64,000 nucleotides of DNA, from positions 2,090 to 66,089 of the forward strand of contig JAKPPP010000332.1 in NCBI GenBank assembly GCA_029547265.1. The letters are read 5' to 3'. This document shows, piece after piece, positions 17,070 through 26,758 of the stretch; the stretch's first letter is position 1, and each line of letters opens with the position of its first letter. The position numbers and the translations under genes are program-made. The notes under the pieces are model-generated. The model did no database searches. It worked only from the letters and a program-made list of their open reading frames with translations, and was not told the origin of the DNA. Source of the DNA: Bacteroidota bacterium (GTDB lineage Bacteria > Bacteroidota > Bacteroidia > AKYH767-A > OLB10).

Positions 17070-18365
17070 ATGAGAGTAATCTTAAGCATACTATGTGTTT
17101 TTATATCGGGAGTGATATATGCACAAAATCCTGCTCCGGCAGATACGGCTACAAAGAGAATACTTCTATTAGGAGGATATGCACATATTGGAAACGGTAA
17201 AGTAATTCCTCAAAGTGCTATCGGGATTGCAAACGGAAAAATCACGTTTGTGATGGATGGCAAGAATTTTAAACCAAGTCGATTAGCATTTGATACTATA
17301 ATTGATGTGTATGGCAAGCAGGTATATCCCGGATTAATTGCTATGAATACTTCTTTAGGATTAAGTGAAATAGAAGCGGTAAGAGCAACAAACGATTACA
17401 ATGAAACAGGATCGTTGAATGCAAGTGCAAGATCAATTATTGCTTACAATACCGATTCGAAAGTTACTCCTACAGTTCGTTCCAATGGAATACTGTTAGC
17501 GCAAATTACTCCACGTGGAGGATTAGTTTCAGGGCAATCGTCGGTAGTAGAACTCGACGGATGGAACTATGAAGATGCAGCTTATAAAATGGATGAAGGT
17601 ATCTGGTTGAATTTTCCATCCTTGCAAACGGTAAAAGCTTGGTGGGTCGATTCAGAAGATGATCAGAAGAAGAGAAGTGAAAAGCAAATGGCTGACTTAA
17701 ATGAATTGTTCTATGAAGCGCAATCATATGCTGCGGGAAACAATGCGGTGTATAATCCGAATTTCGAGGCGATGAAAGGACTGTTTAGCAAATCCAAAAC
17801 TTTATATGTAAGATGTAATTATGTGAAAGATATTTTAGCAGCAATTGCCTTTGGAAATAAATTCAAGTTAAGAATGGTTTTAGTCGGTGCTCGTGATGGA
17901 TGGATGGTTACAAAGGAGATAAAGGAAAATAATATTCCTGTAATAATAATGCGTACGCATGTATTGCCTGAACGCGATGATGATGATATAGATATGCCAT
18001 TTAAACTTCCCGTACTATTAGTAAAAGAAGGAATAGATGTGGCGATTACTGATGATGGTTTCTGGCAAGATAGAAATGTGCCTTTTCAAGCGGGAGAGAC
18101 AGTGGGTTACGGAATGGATAAAGAAGATGCACTTAAATCTATAACGTTAACGCCTGCCCGAATATTAGGAATTGATGCAAGTGTAGGTTCATTAGAAGCC
18201 GGAAAAGATGCAACAATAATTGTTTCGAGCGGTGATATATTGGATATGAAATCGAGCGATGTGCAGATGGCGTATATACGTGGGAAGGAAATAAATCTCG
18301 ATAATATACAAAAGCAACTTTACAGAAAGTATATGAAAAAATACGGATTGAAAGAAGCTGAATAA
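17070..18365 (+). CDS. Amidohydrolase-family protein lacking the HxH metal motif
   Basis: Signal peptide MRVILSILCVFISGVIYAQ and amidohydrolase-like ends (GNGKVI...GKITFV; GSLEAGKDATIIV). The HxH position reads PGLIAMNTSLG (17340-17354). ATG 17070 was chosen, 1 nt after the upstream stop. Confidence 0.7.
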   Translation: MRVILSILCVFISGVIYAQNPAPADTATKRILLLGGYAHIGNGKVIPQSAIGIANGKITFVMDGKNFKPSRLAFDTIIDVYGKQVYPGLIAMNTSLGLSEIEAVRATNDYNETGSLNASARSIIAYNTDSKVTPTVRSNGILLAQITPRGGLVSGQSSVVELDGWNYEDAAYKMDEGIWLNFPSLQTVKAWWVDSEDDQKKRSEKQMADLNELFYEAQSYAAGNNAVYNPNFEAMKGLFSKSKTLYVRCNYVKDILAAIAFGNKFKLRMVLVGARDGWMVTKEIKENNIPVIIMRTHVLPERDDDDIDMPFKLPVLLVKEGIDVAITDDGFWQDRNVPFQAGETVGYGMDKEDALKSITLTPARILGIDASVGSLEAGKDATIIVSSGDILDMKSSDVQMAYIRGKEINLDNIQKQLYRKYMKKYGLKEAE

Positions 18366-18403
18366 AAGAAAAGCCCTGAATGAAACTTCAGGGCTTTTCT
18401 TTT
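18364..18403. terminator. Bidirectional rho-independent terminator between convergent genes
   Basis: Perfect 17-bp stem AAAAGAAAAGCCCTGAA / TTCAGGGCTTTTCTTTT with loop TGAAAC, and T-runs on both strands. Confidence 0.8.
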
Positions 18404-18689
18404 ATTTCGATTTTAAATAATCTTGTAGAGCAGATACGTAATTTTCAAAGGCGGATATTCCTTGTTGGGTAATCTTGCAAGTAGTCAAGGGGTAATTATC
18501 TCTAAAAGATTTAGCAATCGTAATATATCCTGCATCGGCTAACTTATTCAGCTGAACGCTAAGGTTACCTGCAGTAGCATTAGTTTTGTCTTTAAGAAAC
18601 CCAAATTCAGCTTCTTTGGTGCTCACTAAAAGTGAGATCACCGACAAACGCAATTGCTGATGAAGTAATGGGTCTAAATCTTTAAACAT
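18402..18689 (-). CDS. Winged-helix transcriptional regulator (HTH_34/ArsR-like small regulator)
   Basis: LDPLLHQQLRLSVISLL...FGFLKDKTNATAGNLSVQLNKLADAGYI is the typical wHTH pattern. It is paired with an upstream membrane protein. Confidence 0.7.
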   Translation of the reverse strand: MFKDLDPLLHQQLRLSVISLLVSTKEAEFGFLKDKTNATAGNLSVQLNKLADAGYITIAKSFRDNYPLTTCKITQQGISAFENYVSALQDYLKSK

Positions 18690-18691
18690 GA

Positions 18692-19285
18692 TTAAGCAGC
18701 ATTCAACGACTGTTGATTAGAGTATTTGCGTTTTAATAAATATCCCGGAATAATGTATCCACCAAGAACAGCTCCTGCTAAGATCAATAGTTGAATTTCA
18801 AATGATACATTGAATGCAATAAGAGCGGCTATCCAGTTGAGTGCTCCACCAAATCTCAAAGGGTTGAATTCAATCGCACTTCCACACGTATAAAGGAATA
18901 TTCCATATAACACAAGGATCATTGGGTAACATGATTCTTGAAGGTGAGGCATTGAGAATAACACAATTGTAAGTGAAATTAAAAAGGCTGTTGAAATATG
19001 ATTGATAAATTGTTCAACGAACGATTTTGCTTTCCTTCCTTTGTTTTGTTTTCTAGAGTGTAAAGCAGAAACTATTCCTCCAACTGGCATTAATAGCCAT
19101 ACTAACGATGCATATTCATAGTTTAATTGGATTAGAGTGTAGTGAATAATTGCAGCACTAAATACCAGCCATCCCCAAAATAGGTACTGGAAACTATCAT
19201 CTTCAAAATCACTCTTCACCGATTGAATCATGTTTTTGATGAGACGAAGACTTTCTTCGTGTGTCATCTCTTTAGTTGCGCTCAT
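18692..19285 (-). CDS. Integral membrane protein, function unknown
   Basis: 197-aa ORF with about 5 hydrophobic helices, 2 nt upstream of the wHTH regulator gene. Confidence 0.55.
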   Translation of the reverse strand: MSATKEMTHEESLRLIKNMIQSVKSDFEDDSFQYLFWGWLVFSAAIIHYTLIQLNYEYASLVWLLMPVGGIVSALHSRKQNKGRKAKSFVEQFINHISTAFLISLTIVLFSMPHLQESCYPMILVLYGIFLYTCGSAIEFNPLRFGGALNWIAALIAFNVSFEIQLLILAGAVLGGYIIPGYLLKRKYSNQQSLNAA

Positions 19286-19304
19286 TGAAAAGTTTTTTTA
19301 GTGG

Positions 19305-20003
19305 TTATTTTAATTTCTTAGCTTTTTCAAGAATGCTCTTTGCACGTTCTTCTCCCCAATGTGGAAGTAATGGATCACTGTATTTGAAAGTTTTGAATTT
19401 TTCAACGGCCTTCGTTAAGTTATCTACTGCAACCTTTTTTCCACCACCATATTGCTCAGGTGTATACATTGCCGACTCTCCGAGTTCTAGATATACGCGA
19501 GGGTTTTCAGGGTTTAATTTTTTAGCTTCTGCATATAACATAGTAGATTGTGGTCCTAATGTTCTGCCCAGCTCAGGATTTGATCCTATTTTCATTCCTA
19601 GTATCATTCCTTTTAATAAAACCGATTCAGATTCTTTTGGTTGAAGTTTAATTGCGCGATCAGCATACATTAGAGCTCTTTCATACCATTTTTCTTGACT
19701 AGCTGAATCGATATAAGAAAATGTCGTGAGTGCTAGGTAAAATGCTGCATAATATTGGGTTGTCCAATAATTCGTGTCTTTTACTGCTAATTGTTCGAAT
19801 CCACGATATAATTGTGTTTTTACTTTCGGATTCGAGCATGTATCCCATGTTGCCAAATATCGTTTCAAGAAACGGTCTATTTTTTCACGTTCAGTTAACG
19901 GCTTAGGTTTAGAAATTGGAGCTCTGCGAGCATTGGTTGAATCTTGTGCAATTGCTTGACCGGTACCGATCAGCAACATTAAAGCAATAATGTACTTGTT
20001 CAT
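19305..20003 (-). CDS. Secreted helical (TPR-like) protein, function unknown
   Basis: Signal peptide MNKYIIALMLLIGTGQAIAQ. The remainder looks helical. No recognisable catalytic motif. Confidence 0.5.
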   Translation of the reverse strand: MNKYIIALMLLIGTGQAIAQDSTNARRAPISKPKPLTEREKIDRFLKRYLATWDTCSNPKVKTQLYRGFEQLAVKDTNYWTTQYYAAFYLALTTFSYIDSASQEKWYERALMYADRAIKLQPKESESVLLKGMILGMKIGSNPELGRTLGPQSTMLYAEAKKLNPENPRVYLELGESAMYTPEQYGGGKKVAVDNLTKAVEKFKTFKYSDPLLPHWGEERAKSILEKAKKLK

Positions 20004-20118
20004 AGTGTTTTAATTTTTAACAAATGTAAAGTAGTTTATATCATAAACTAAAATAATAGTTTCAATTAAATCACAATGAATTGATTTTCAGCAATAAAAA
20101 TATGAACAGGAGGGCGCC

Positions 20119-21075
20119 TTATTTCTTAAAAAGGTCTTCAACCCATGTTTTACCCCATTCTTCGATCTCCATTTCAGACCAAATTTCAGGATAAAAAATA
20201 CGCTTTTGGAAACGTGGAGGCAGGTATTTCTGCCAATTTGTTCCTCCGGTTGCAGCAATATCTTCCGGGTTCTTGTGTAAATATCTGACAGCCGATTTAT
20301 AATGAGAAAGCGGCCAATTGATATTAACATTAACGTCGAGTTGTTTTAACGCGAGGATTAATTCAGGTTTTTGCTGTTCTTCTTTCGACAAAGTGTTATA
20401 AAGTGTCCAAACATTAGAAGAAACCTTGTTCTCAGCAAGTTCAGTTAGCTCTTTCGAGTATTTTTCTTCGAACTGGATCAGCGTTAATGTTTTCTTTCCT
20501 GTAGCAAGTTCAGTTGCTCCTGCTTTCCAATAAATATGCTCAAACATTTCTTTTATAGAAGCATTTGCAGCATTCATTTTCTCTCTGAAATCTTTGGAAA
20601 CTAAGCGTTGAAATTCTGTTGCATAAATTTCAATCGCACGGTATTGTGCCGATTGAAATCCTGATGCTGGAAGAAGGCTCATTCTGAATTTTTGAAATTG
20701 CTCAGGCTCCATTCCGTCAACCATAATAGAGAACGAATCGGTTAAAGAAACAAAGTATCTATTGATTCGCTGAAGTCGCTTTGTCAAGAAATCTCCTGTT
20801 AGCTTCTCTTGAACCGCAATCTGTTTGAATTCGTGAATCGAAAGCTTGAAGTATAATTCCGTAATCTGATGATACATAATAAACACTTCTTCATCGGGAA
20901 ATTTCGTTTTCGGCGATTGAAGGCTTAAAAGGGTGTCTAAATGGATATAATCCCAGTAAGTTAAATAATCAGCATAAAGCAATCCATCGAGATAAGAACT
21001 AAGGTCTTGTCCCATGGCATTGAACTTCTCTTCCAGCTGTTTTATTCTCGAAACAATATTCTCAGGTAGGCTCAT
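20119..21075 (-). CDS. kynA: Tryptophan 2,3-dioxygenase family protein
   Basis: YLDGLLYADYLTYWDYIHLDTLLSLQSP...DEEVFIMYHQITELYFKL...SGFQSAQYRAIE matches bacterial TDO signatures. Confidence 0.75.
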   Translation of the reverse strand: MSLPENIVSRIKQLEEKFNAMGQDLSSYLDGLLYADYLTYWDYIHLDTLLSLQSPKTKFPDEEVFIMYHQITELYFKLSIHEFKQIAVQEKLTGDFLTKRLQRINRYFVSLTDSFSIMVDGMEPEQFQKFRMSLLPASGFQSAQYRAIEIYATEFQRLVSKDFREKMNAANASIKEMFEHIYWKAGATELATGKKTLTLIQFEEKYSKELTELAENKVSSNVWTLYNTLSKEEQQKPELILALKQLDVNVNINWPLSHYKSAVRYLHKNPEDIAATGGTNWQKYLPPRFQKRIFYPEIWSEMEIEEWGKTWVEDLFKK

Positions 21076-21137
21076 TCGCCAAAAATAGCACTTCCCGCTT
21101 AAAATTGGACAATTTGAGGAATATCAGCAAGAAAAAA

Positions 21138-21156
21138 GGCCGGAAATTTCCCGGCC
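21138..21156 (-). terminator. Rho-independent terminator after the zinc metallopeptidase gene
   Basis: GGCCGG-AAATTTC-CCGGCC hairpin followed on the minus strand by TTTTTT (plus A-run 21132-21137). Confidence 0.6.
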
Positions 21157-21179
21157 CTATTCGTTAAAAAGTTCTTTTT

Positions 21180-21860
21180 TTAGTCGCGACGACCCATATA
21201 AATCATTACATAGTACATCAAAGTAGCAATGGCAGAAAGTGCAGCTACCACGTAAGTCATTGCAGCCCACCAAAGAGCGTCTTTCGATTGTGCATGCTCT
21301 TGAGGAGTTGAAACTCCGGATGTTTCTAACCATGCCAATGCTCTGTTGCTAGCGTCAAATTCAACCGGAAGTGTAATCAAACTGAACAAAGTTGTCATTG
21401 CAAATAAGGCAATTCCGAATAATAATAGTCCCGGAAATGTATTCACCATCATAATTCCCGCTAACAATACCCAGTGCATCCATCCCGAAGCAATATTTAC
21501 GATTGGCACTAATGCCGAGCGCACTTGAAGCATTGAATAGGCTTTAGCATGTTGGACAGCGTGTCCGCATTCATGGGCAGCTACCGCAGAAGCAGCAGCA
21601 TTCCTTCCGTAAAATACATCGTGACTTAAATTAACCGTTTTATCTAATGGATTGTAATGGTCAGTTAATCGTCCTTCTACCGATATGACTTTTACGTCTT
21701 GAATCCCATTATCGCGAAGCATTCGCAAAGCGATATCTTGTCCGGTTAATCCGGAACTAATGGGAGTTTGTGAATATTCTTCAAATTTTCTCTTCAACTT
21801 ATTGCTGACCATCCACCCGATGATCATAAATACGATGGAGATGAAATAAATACCTAACAT
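21180..21860 (-). CDS. Putative neutral zinc metallopeptidase (Zn_peptidase_2 family, membrane-bound)
   Basis: HECGHAVQH motif, with one N-terminal and several C-terminal TM helices. Length is 226 aa. Confidence 0.75.
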   Translation of the reverse strand: MLGIYFISIVFMIIGWMVSNKLKRKFEEYSQTPISSGLTGQDIALRMLRDNGIQDVKVISVEGRLTDHYNPLDKTVNLSHDVFYGRNAAASAVAAHECGHAVQHAKAYSMLQVRSALVPIVNIASGWMHWVLLAGIMMVNTFPGLLLFGIALFAMTTLFSLITLPVEFDASNRALAWLETSGVSTPQEHAQSKDALWWAAMTYVVAALSAIATLMYYVMIYMGRRD

Positions 21861-21996
21861 ATCTTTTTACGTTTTTAGTTTAACAATATAAATACTATTC
21901 AGTTTTCGATCGTATTGAAATCAAATACGAATGAAACGCAAAAATATTGTCAAACACAACGCCAAAGTCGGAAAATCTGACAAACCGTCATTTTTT

Positions 21997-23091
21997 TTAC
22001 TCCCAGCGGAAAACTTTTACTGCTATAGCGTAAATGATGACACCCCATAAGGTAATTACTGCCAACTGAGGACCAAGATCCAGTAAACTCGCTCCTTCAA
22101 ACGCTACTTTTCGCATTGCATCGTTTAAATAGGTAAGAGGAAGCATTTTGCAAATAGGTTGTAGCCAAGTGGGGAAATTTTCAACTCCAAAGAAAGTCCC
22201 AGAGAGTAGAAACTGAGGAAGTGTAATGATGTTAGCTAGCGGCGGAATAGTACTTTCACTTTTAGCAATCCCGGAAACCACAAATCCGAATCCCATGAAA
22301 ACGATCAAGCCCATAGCACTTAATACAAGCATTTCGGCTACGGTGGCTAAACCATTAATTAAAGTGAATCCGAATGCATAATGTCCTAATGCAATTAAAA
22401 AGGCAGCACCCAACATTGCAAAAACCATTCTCGCCAATGCTTCACCCATCACGATAAAAGGTTTGCGGATAGGAGTTGCAAAGAAGCGCTTTATTACTAA
22501 TGTTTGACGTAGATTAAAAAACACAAAGGCCGTTCCGAATACTCCGGTACTCAATAACGAGAAACCAAGTTGTCCGGGAAGTATAAAGTCTATAGTGGAA
22601 TAAGTTCTTCCTTTTAACTCTTGTTGCTTAAGAGTAGCCATAGGAGAAATTATTTTTGCTGCCGATAAATTTGATTTATCAATAAGATGCTCAAGCATAG
22701 AACGAACAATGATTCCTTTTTCTGCAGAAGCCATTGTAGTATATAAATTCACATCATAAGTGCTTGATGAATCAAGTTGAACTTTTTGGATATCGATAAT
22801 GGCATCTAATTTTCCTTTTAATAACAAGGTACGTTGCTCAACAGAATCCATATCATGATGGACTGAAAAAGCAGGATTACTGATTAGTCCAATGTAAACC
22901 GAATTTTGCTGATCGCTATGCGATGACAATGCAACGTTTAACGTGACACTTCCACCTTTCAAGAATCCGAAAACGGTAATAAAAATAAGAGGAAAAACGA
23001 GCGTAAATACAACTGCCGAAGGGCTGCGGGTGATAGACCTAAAGCTAGCTTTAGCAATGGCCATCATGGCTTTAAATTGACTATATTTCAT
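21997..23091 (-). CDS. ABC-2 type transporter permease
   Basis: 364-aa protein with an N-terminal TM helix, a large loop and a C-terminal 5-TM ABC-2 membrane domain. It lies immediately downstream of an ABC ATPase gene. Confidence 0.75.
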   Translation of the reverse strand: MKYSQFKAMMAIAKASFRSITRSPSAVVFTLVFPLIFITVFGFLKGGSVTLNVALSSHSDQQNSVYIGLISNPAFSVHHDMDSVEQRTLLLKGKLDAIIDIQKVQLDSSSTYDVNLYTTMASAEKGIIVRSMLEHLIDKSNLSAAKIISPMATLKQQELKGRTYSTIDFILPGQLGFSLLSTGVFGTAFVFFNLRQTLVIKRFFATPIRKPFIVMGEALARMVFAMLGAAFLIALGHYAFGFTLINGLATVAEMLVLSAMGLIVFMGFGFVVSGIAKSESTIPPLANIITLPQFLLSGTFFGVENFPTWLQPICKMLPLTYLNDAMRKVAFEGASLLDLGPQLAVITLWGVIIYAIAVKVFRWE

Positions 23092-23100
23092 CGTAGTTGA

Positions 23101-23883
23101 TTATTCGTCTCTCCATTCCTGTCCTGTAAGCGACAGAAACACATCTTCGAGATTAGCTTTTTTAACTTCTTTTTTTCTTTCAAATCCACTCGCTACCAAG
23201 TTGTCGATTAGTGTATCAGGAGTGTCTAGTGCAATAACTTTTCCTCCTTCCATCACTGCAACACGATCACAAAGTTGTTCGGCTTCATCCATGTAGTGGG
23301 TAGTAATAACTACAGTTGTGCCCATCGCTTTTACTTCACGAATTAAATCCCAAAGATTTCTACGCGCTTGAGGATCTAATCCCGTAGTCGGTTCGTCAAG
23401 GAAAATAATTTTTGGTTTATTAATAAGCGTAGTAGCAATCGAAAATCGTTGTTTTTGTCCTCCTGAAAGTTCCTTGAATTTTGCTTTCGCTTTATCTTCT
23501 AATCCGACACGCGATAACATTTCAAGTGTATTAATCGGCATATTGTAAAGTCCGGCAAATAACTCAAGTAATTCAGTTAGTGAAAGACTTGGATAATAAC
23601 CTGCAGCTTGCAATTGCACGCCTATAATTTGTTTTATATCGTTAGCTTGCGAATCGATATTCAAACCGTCAACTATAACAGTACCTCCCGATTTCTCGCG
23701 AAGAGTTTCGATAATTTCCAGCGTGGTAGTTTTTCCTGCACCGTTGGGGCCTAGAAGACCAAAGATTTCTCCATTGTAAACTTCAAAGGAAATGCCTTTC
23801 ACGGCATGAAAGTCCCCGTAGCTCTTTTGTAAATCCTTAACGGTAATTATTGGTTTTGTTTGCACGACGCAAAAGTATAGCAT
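23101..23883 (-). CDS. ABC transporter ATP-binding protein
   Basis: Walker A GPNGAGKTT, signature LSGGQKQR, Walker B IIFLDEPTTGLD, H-loop TTHYM. Confidence 0.9.
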   Translation of the reverse strand: MLYFCVVQTKPIITVKDLQKSYGDFHAVKGISFEVYNGEIFGLLGPNGAGKTTTLEIIETLREKSGGTVIVDGLNIDSQANDIKQIIGVQLQAAGYYPSLSLTELLELFAGLYNMPINTLEMLSRVGLEDKAKAKFKELSGGQKQRFSIATTLINKPKIIFLDEPTTGLDPQARRNLWDLIREVKAMGTTVVITTHYMDEAEQLCDRVAVMEGGKVIALDTPDTLIDNLVASGFERKKEVKKANLEDVFLSLTGQEWRDE

Positions 23884-24010
23884 TATTTTCTTGAAAATCC
23901 CTAATTAACCACGTTAATCTGAATAGTTAAGTAAAACTTCATGTTTGTATGATAAGGATTGGGGAATCCGGATGATCAAACTCAATATTTTATAAGAAAA
24001 AGCGAAAGAG

Positions 24011-24349
24011 TTAGTTCCTGTAGTTTAAAAAAGCAAACATCTTCCTATTGAATAAATAAGCAGGGCTTGATTGATTAATGTAAGCTTCTTTTTCAAACGC
24101 AATTGATCGGTAGGCTTTTTGATGATCTTTTAAAACTACAATTAAGTAAAGGTAGTTGAGAAGGTAAAAAACATAGAAAAAAACAATAAGCAATTCCGCT
24201 TGTTGTAGCAGGTGAATACGCTCGTGTTGTAGCCAACTTTTTATAACCGGCAACTTCGATTTTTTCAGAAAGATAAAAGGGAAAATAGTAATTGCGTCAA
24301 CCGGTAAATAGTTTACGCTAATTACAAAGCCCTTAAAATTTTTTAGCAT
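24011..24349 (-). CDS. Small membrane protein with HExxH motif, function unknown
   Basis: 112 aa with HERIH followed by a TM helix (LLIVFFYVFYLLNYLYLIVVL) and FEKEAY. Its ATG shares one nucleotide with the receptor stop codon (TGATG at 24347-24351, minus strand). Confidence 0.5.
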   Translation of the reverse strand: MLKNFKGFVISVNYLPVDAITIFPFIFLKKSKLPVIKSWLQHERIHLLQQAELLIVFFYVFYLLNYLYLIVVLKDHQKAYRSIAFEKEAYINQSSPAYLFNRKMFAFLNYRN

Positions 24350-26628
24350 CAGAAGTTAAATGATAACTGAGCTGAATAGGAGCGTGGTGCTTGCATGTCT
24401 GCGGGACGAGTAACATAAATGTTATTCGTAATGTTTTTTCCTATTAATGCGAATTTAACTTTCTTGCTGAATGCATAAGCTAATCTTGTGTCGAATACCC
24501 ACTCTCCACTATGATTGTTTTCACGATAATGTTTTACACCGGGGATTACTCCTTCAAAAACTTTATCGATGTTTTCCATATAGCTATAGTAGCGTGCACT
24601 AATTCCAAATGAAAATCCTTTGAATGTTGTTTCGCTGTCAAACTTAAACATTGTTTTGTAGCGATATTTAAGAATGTTCACCTTCGACGAGTTTGTAGAG
24701 CTGTCGCGCGAAAGTAAGAAGTCAGTTTGATATGGATCAATCATTGTAATTCCTCCCATAAATGCTTCTTGAACTTTGCCGATATTTCCTTCTCCCGATA
24801 GCGTTAATTCCATGCCATCAATTCTGGTGTTTCCGATGTTTTTCGATTTAAATCCTAATCCGTAAAGCGGATCTACAAACGGATTACCCCATGGTCCAAA
24901 AGTGAATTCCATCATGTCTTTATATTCTTGTCGGAATACACTAAAATCGAGCATTCCGGAAATATTTGATATCTTAAACATTTGACGAATTCCAATTTCA
25001 ATTGATGATCCTCTTTCAATCGTTAATGAATCATTAGGATAAATTACAATATCTCCTACTCGTGTTTTGATGAACTTTTCTGCAATGGTAGGGAATCTGA
25101 ATCCTTGACCGTATGATGCTCTCAAATAAGTGTATTTGAATGCTTGATAGTTTACTCCAAATCGTAATAGTTTTTCTGTATCGAATTTTTTTCCGCTGAT
25201 CTTTCCGTTTTCAAATCGTATTCCCGATGAAACATTCCACTTGCCGTATTTTAAATCACCTTGAAAATAAAGTGAGTTATTATTTCCTGTTTGTGAGTTA
25301 AATAAATCTCCTTTTACATTCGTTGAGAATGATGAGATTCCTCCCGAAAGAGTGAGTAGGTTTTTGAAATTATATTGAGTTAAAAATTCAACAAAATATG
25401 TTTGAGCTTTTGATCCTTGATTTGTGTTATTTTTATTGTTGGTAATAAAATATCTCGATCTTAACTTGTAGCTCATATTTTTCCCCGTGTAATTAATTGA
25501 TGGGTCGATATATGTTCTTGCAGTATTATATTTACTTGCTGTAGATCCCACAGTATCCATTCCTCCTAAAGGCAAATATGCTCCTGCGGTATCGTTTTGC
25601 CAGATTAAATAATTATATCCTCCTGCTCTTTGTGTATTCACAGCAATACCGGCATTTAATCCCGTGATTTTTTTGAAGTGATACCTTAAGTTTACATTTC
25701 CTCTCCAACGTTCCTCATTATCTCCTAAGCGATATCCATCTTCTGATAGATGATGTCCGCCAATTGTTAAATCGAGATTTTTAATTTTTTCTCTATGGGA
25801 GAAATTTACTCCACTAGTCATTTGTGTTTTGTCGCCCCACCATTTCATAGTTTTATCAGCGGGAGTATCATAAAATCCGCTGTATAAAGATAGATTCGTT
25901 ACAGCGCTATCTGTTGGATAGGCGGTGCGTAAGTTAATCACTCCGTTAAGTGCCGACGATCCGAAAAGTGCAGATGACGCACCTTTGATAACTTCAACTT
26001 GTTCGAGATTTTCAATCGGTAGGAAGCTCCACTTTGCATCACCGGCATCACCGGCTAGCAAAGGAAGGTCGTCAACTAAAATCAATACACGACTTCCTGC
26101 TCCGTAACTGAATCCCGATCCTCCTCTGATATTTGCTTGTCCGTCGATTACCGTCACTCCCGGAATTTGCTCAGCCGCCGTTTCCATACTTGTTTGGTTT
26201 GTGTTTTCAATGTAAGACGGTTTTAATACATCCATTGAGACCACAACTTCTTCCAATTTTTGTTCGTGCTTACCGGCAGAAATAACAATTGTTTCTAATG
26301 TTTGAGCGGCACGTTTAAGAACAATGTTAAGTTTTATTTCTTGTCCTTCAGTTACCGTTACTGTTTGTGAAAATCTTTCATATCCGACATAATTTACTTC
26401 TAAGAGATAAGTTCCGGGAGATAACTTTAATTCATAAACTCCATTCATATCTGTAGAAGTTCCTTGATTCACTTTTTTTACTCCAACAACCGCTCCGAAT
26501 AAATATTCCTTATCGGTTCCATCCATAATAGTTCCTTTGATTGTTCCTTTTTGAGCATGGCTTTCGAATGATGAAAATAGGAATAGAATTACCGGGATTA
26601 GATATAATTTAAGTAGCGATTTAGTCAT
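24349..26628 (-). CDS. TonB-dependent receptor with carboxypeptidase-regulatory-like N-terminal domain
   Basis: Signal peptide, CarbopepD_reg-like region (GTIKGTIMDGTDKEYLFGAVVGV...YLLEVNYVGYE), plug (VTVIDGQANIRGGSGFSYGAGSRVLILVDDLPL) and a terminal aromatic residue (LSFNF). Confidence 0.9.
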   Translation of the reverse strand: MTKSLLKLYLIPVILFLFSSFESHAQKGTIKGTIMDGTDKEYLFGAVVGVKKVNQGTSTDMNGVYELKLSPGTYLLEVNYVGYERFSQTVTVTEGQEIKLNIVLKRAAQTLETIVISAGKHEQKLEEVVVSMDVLKPSYIENTNQTSMETAAEQIPGVTVIDGQANIRGGSGFSYGAGSRVLILVDDLPLLAGDAGDAKWSFLPIENLEQVEVIKGASSALFGSSALNGVINLRTAYPTDSAVTNLSLYSGFYDTPADKTMKWWGDKTQMTSGVNFSHREKIKNLDLTIGGHHLSEDGYRLGDNEERWRGNVNLRYHFKKITGLNAGIAVNTQRAGGYNYLIWQNDTAGAYLPLGGMDTVGSTASKYNTARTYIDPSINYTGKNMSYKLRSRYFITNNKNNTNQGSKAQTYFVEFLTQYNFKNLLTLSGGISSFSTNVKGDLFNSQTGNNNSLYFQGDLKYGKWNVSSGIRFENGKISGKKFDTEKLLRFGVNYQAFKYTYLRASYGQGFRFPTIAEKFIKTRVGDIVIYPNDSLTIERGSSIEIGIRQMFKISNISGMLDFSVFRQEYKDMMEFTFGPWGNPFVDPLYGLGFKSKNIGNTRIDGMELTLSGEGNIGKVQEAFMGGITMIDPYQTDFLLSRDSSTNSSKVNILKYRYKTMFKFDSETTFKGFSFGISARYYSYMENIDKVFEGVIPGVKHYRENNHSGEWVFDTRLAYAFSKKVKFALIGKNITNNIYVTRPADMQAPRSYSAQLSFNF

Positions 26629-26758
26629 GTTGCAACAGATTCGGCTGATGTGTTAATAAGATCGGTTAAAATTGCAACCAATTTCTGACATAGAAAAGTA
26701 TTTTTGCCGCATCCGCTAAAAGTGATTTTTATTTCTCCTGCAAGGCGGTTTTAACGTG

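Noticed and set aside
20032-20050. The palindrome TAGTTTAT-ATC-ATAAACTA between the TDO gene and the 232-aa secreted protein gene.
   Set aside because: The arms are 8 bp and made almost entirely of A/T in an AT-rich intergenic region. No T-run follows it on either strand, so it is not a convincing terminator. It is too likely by chance to call an operator.
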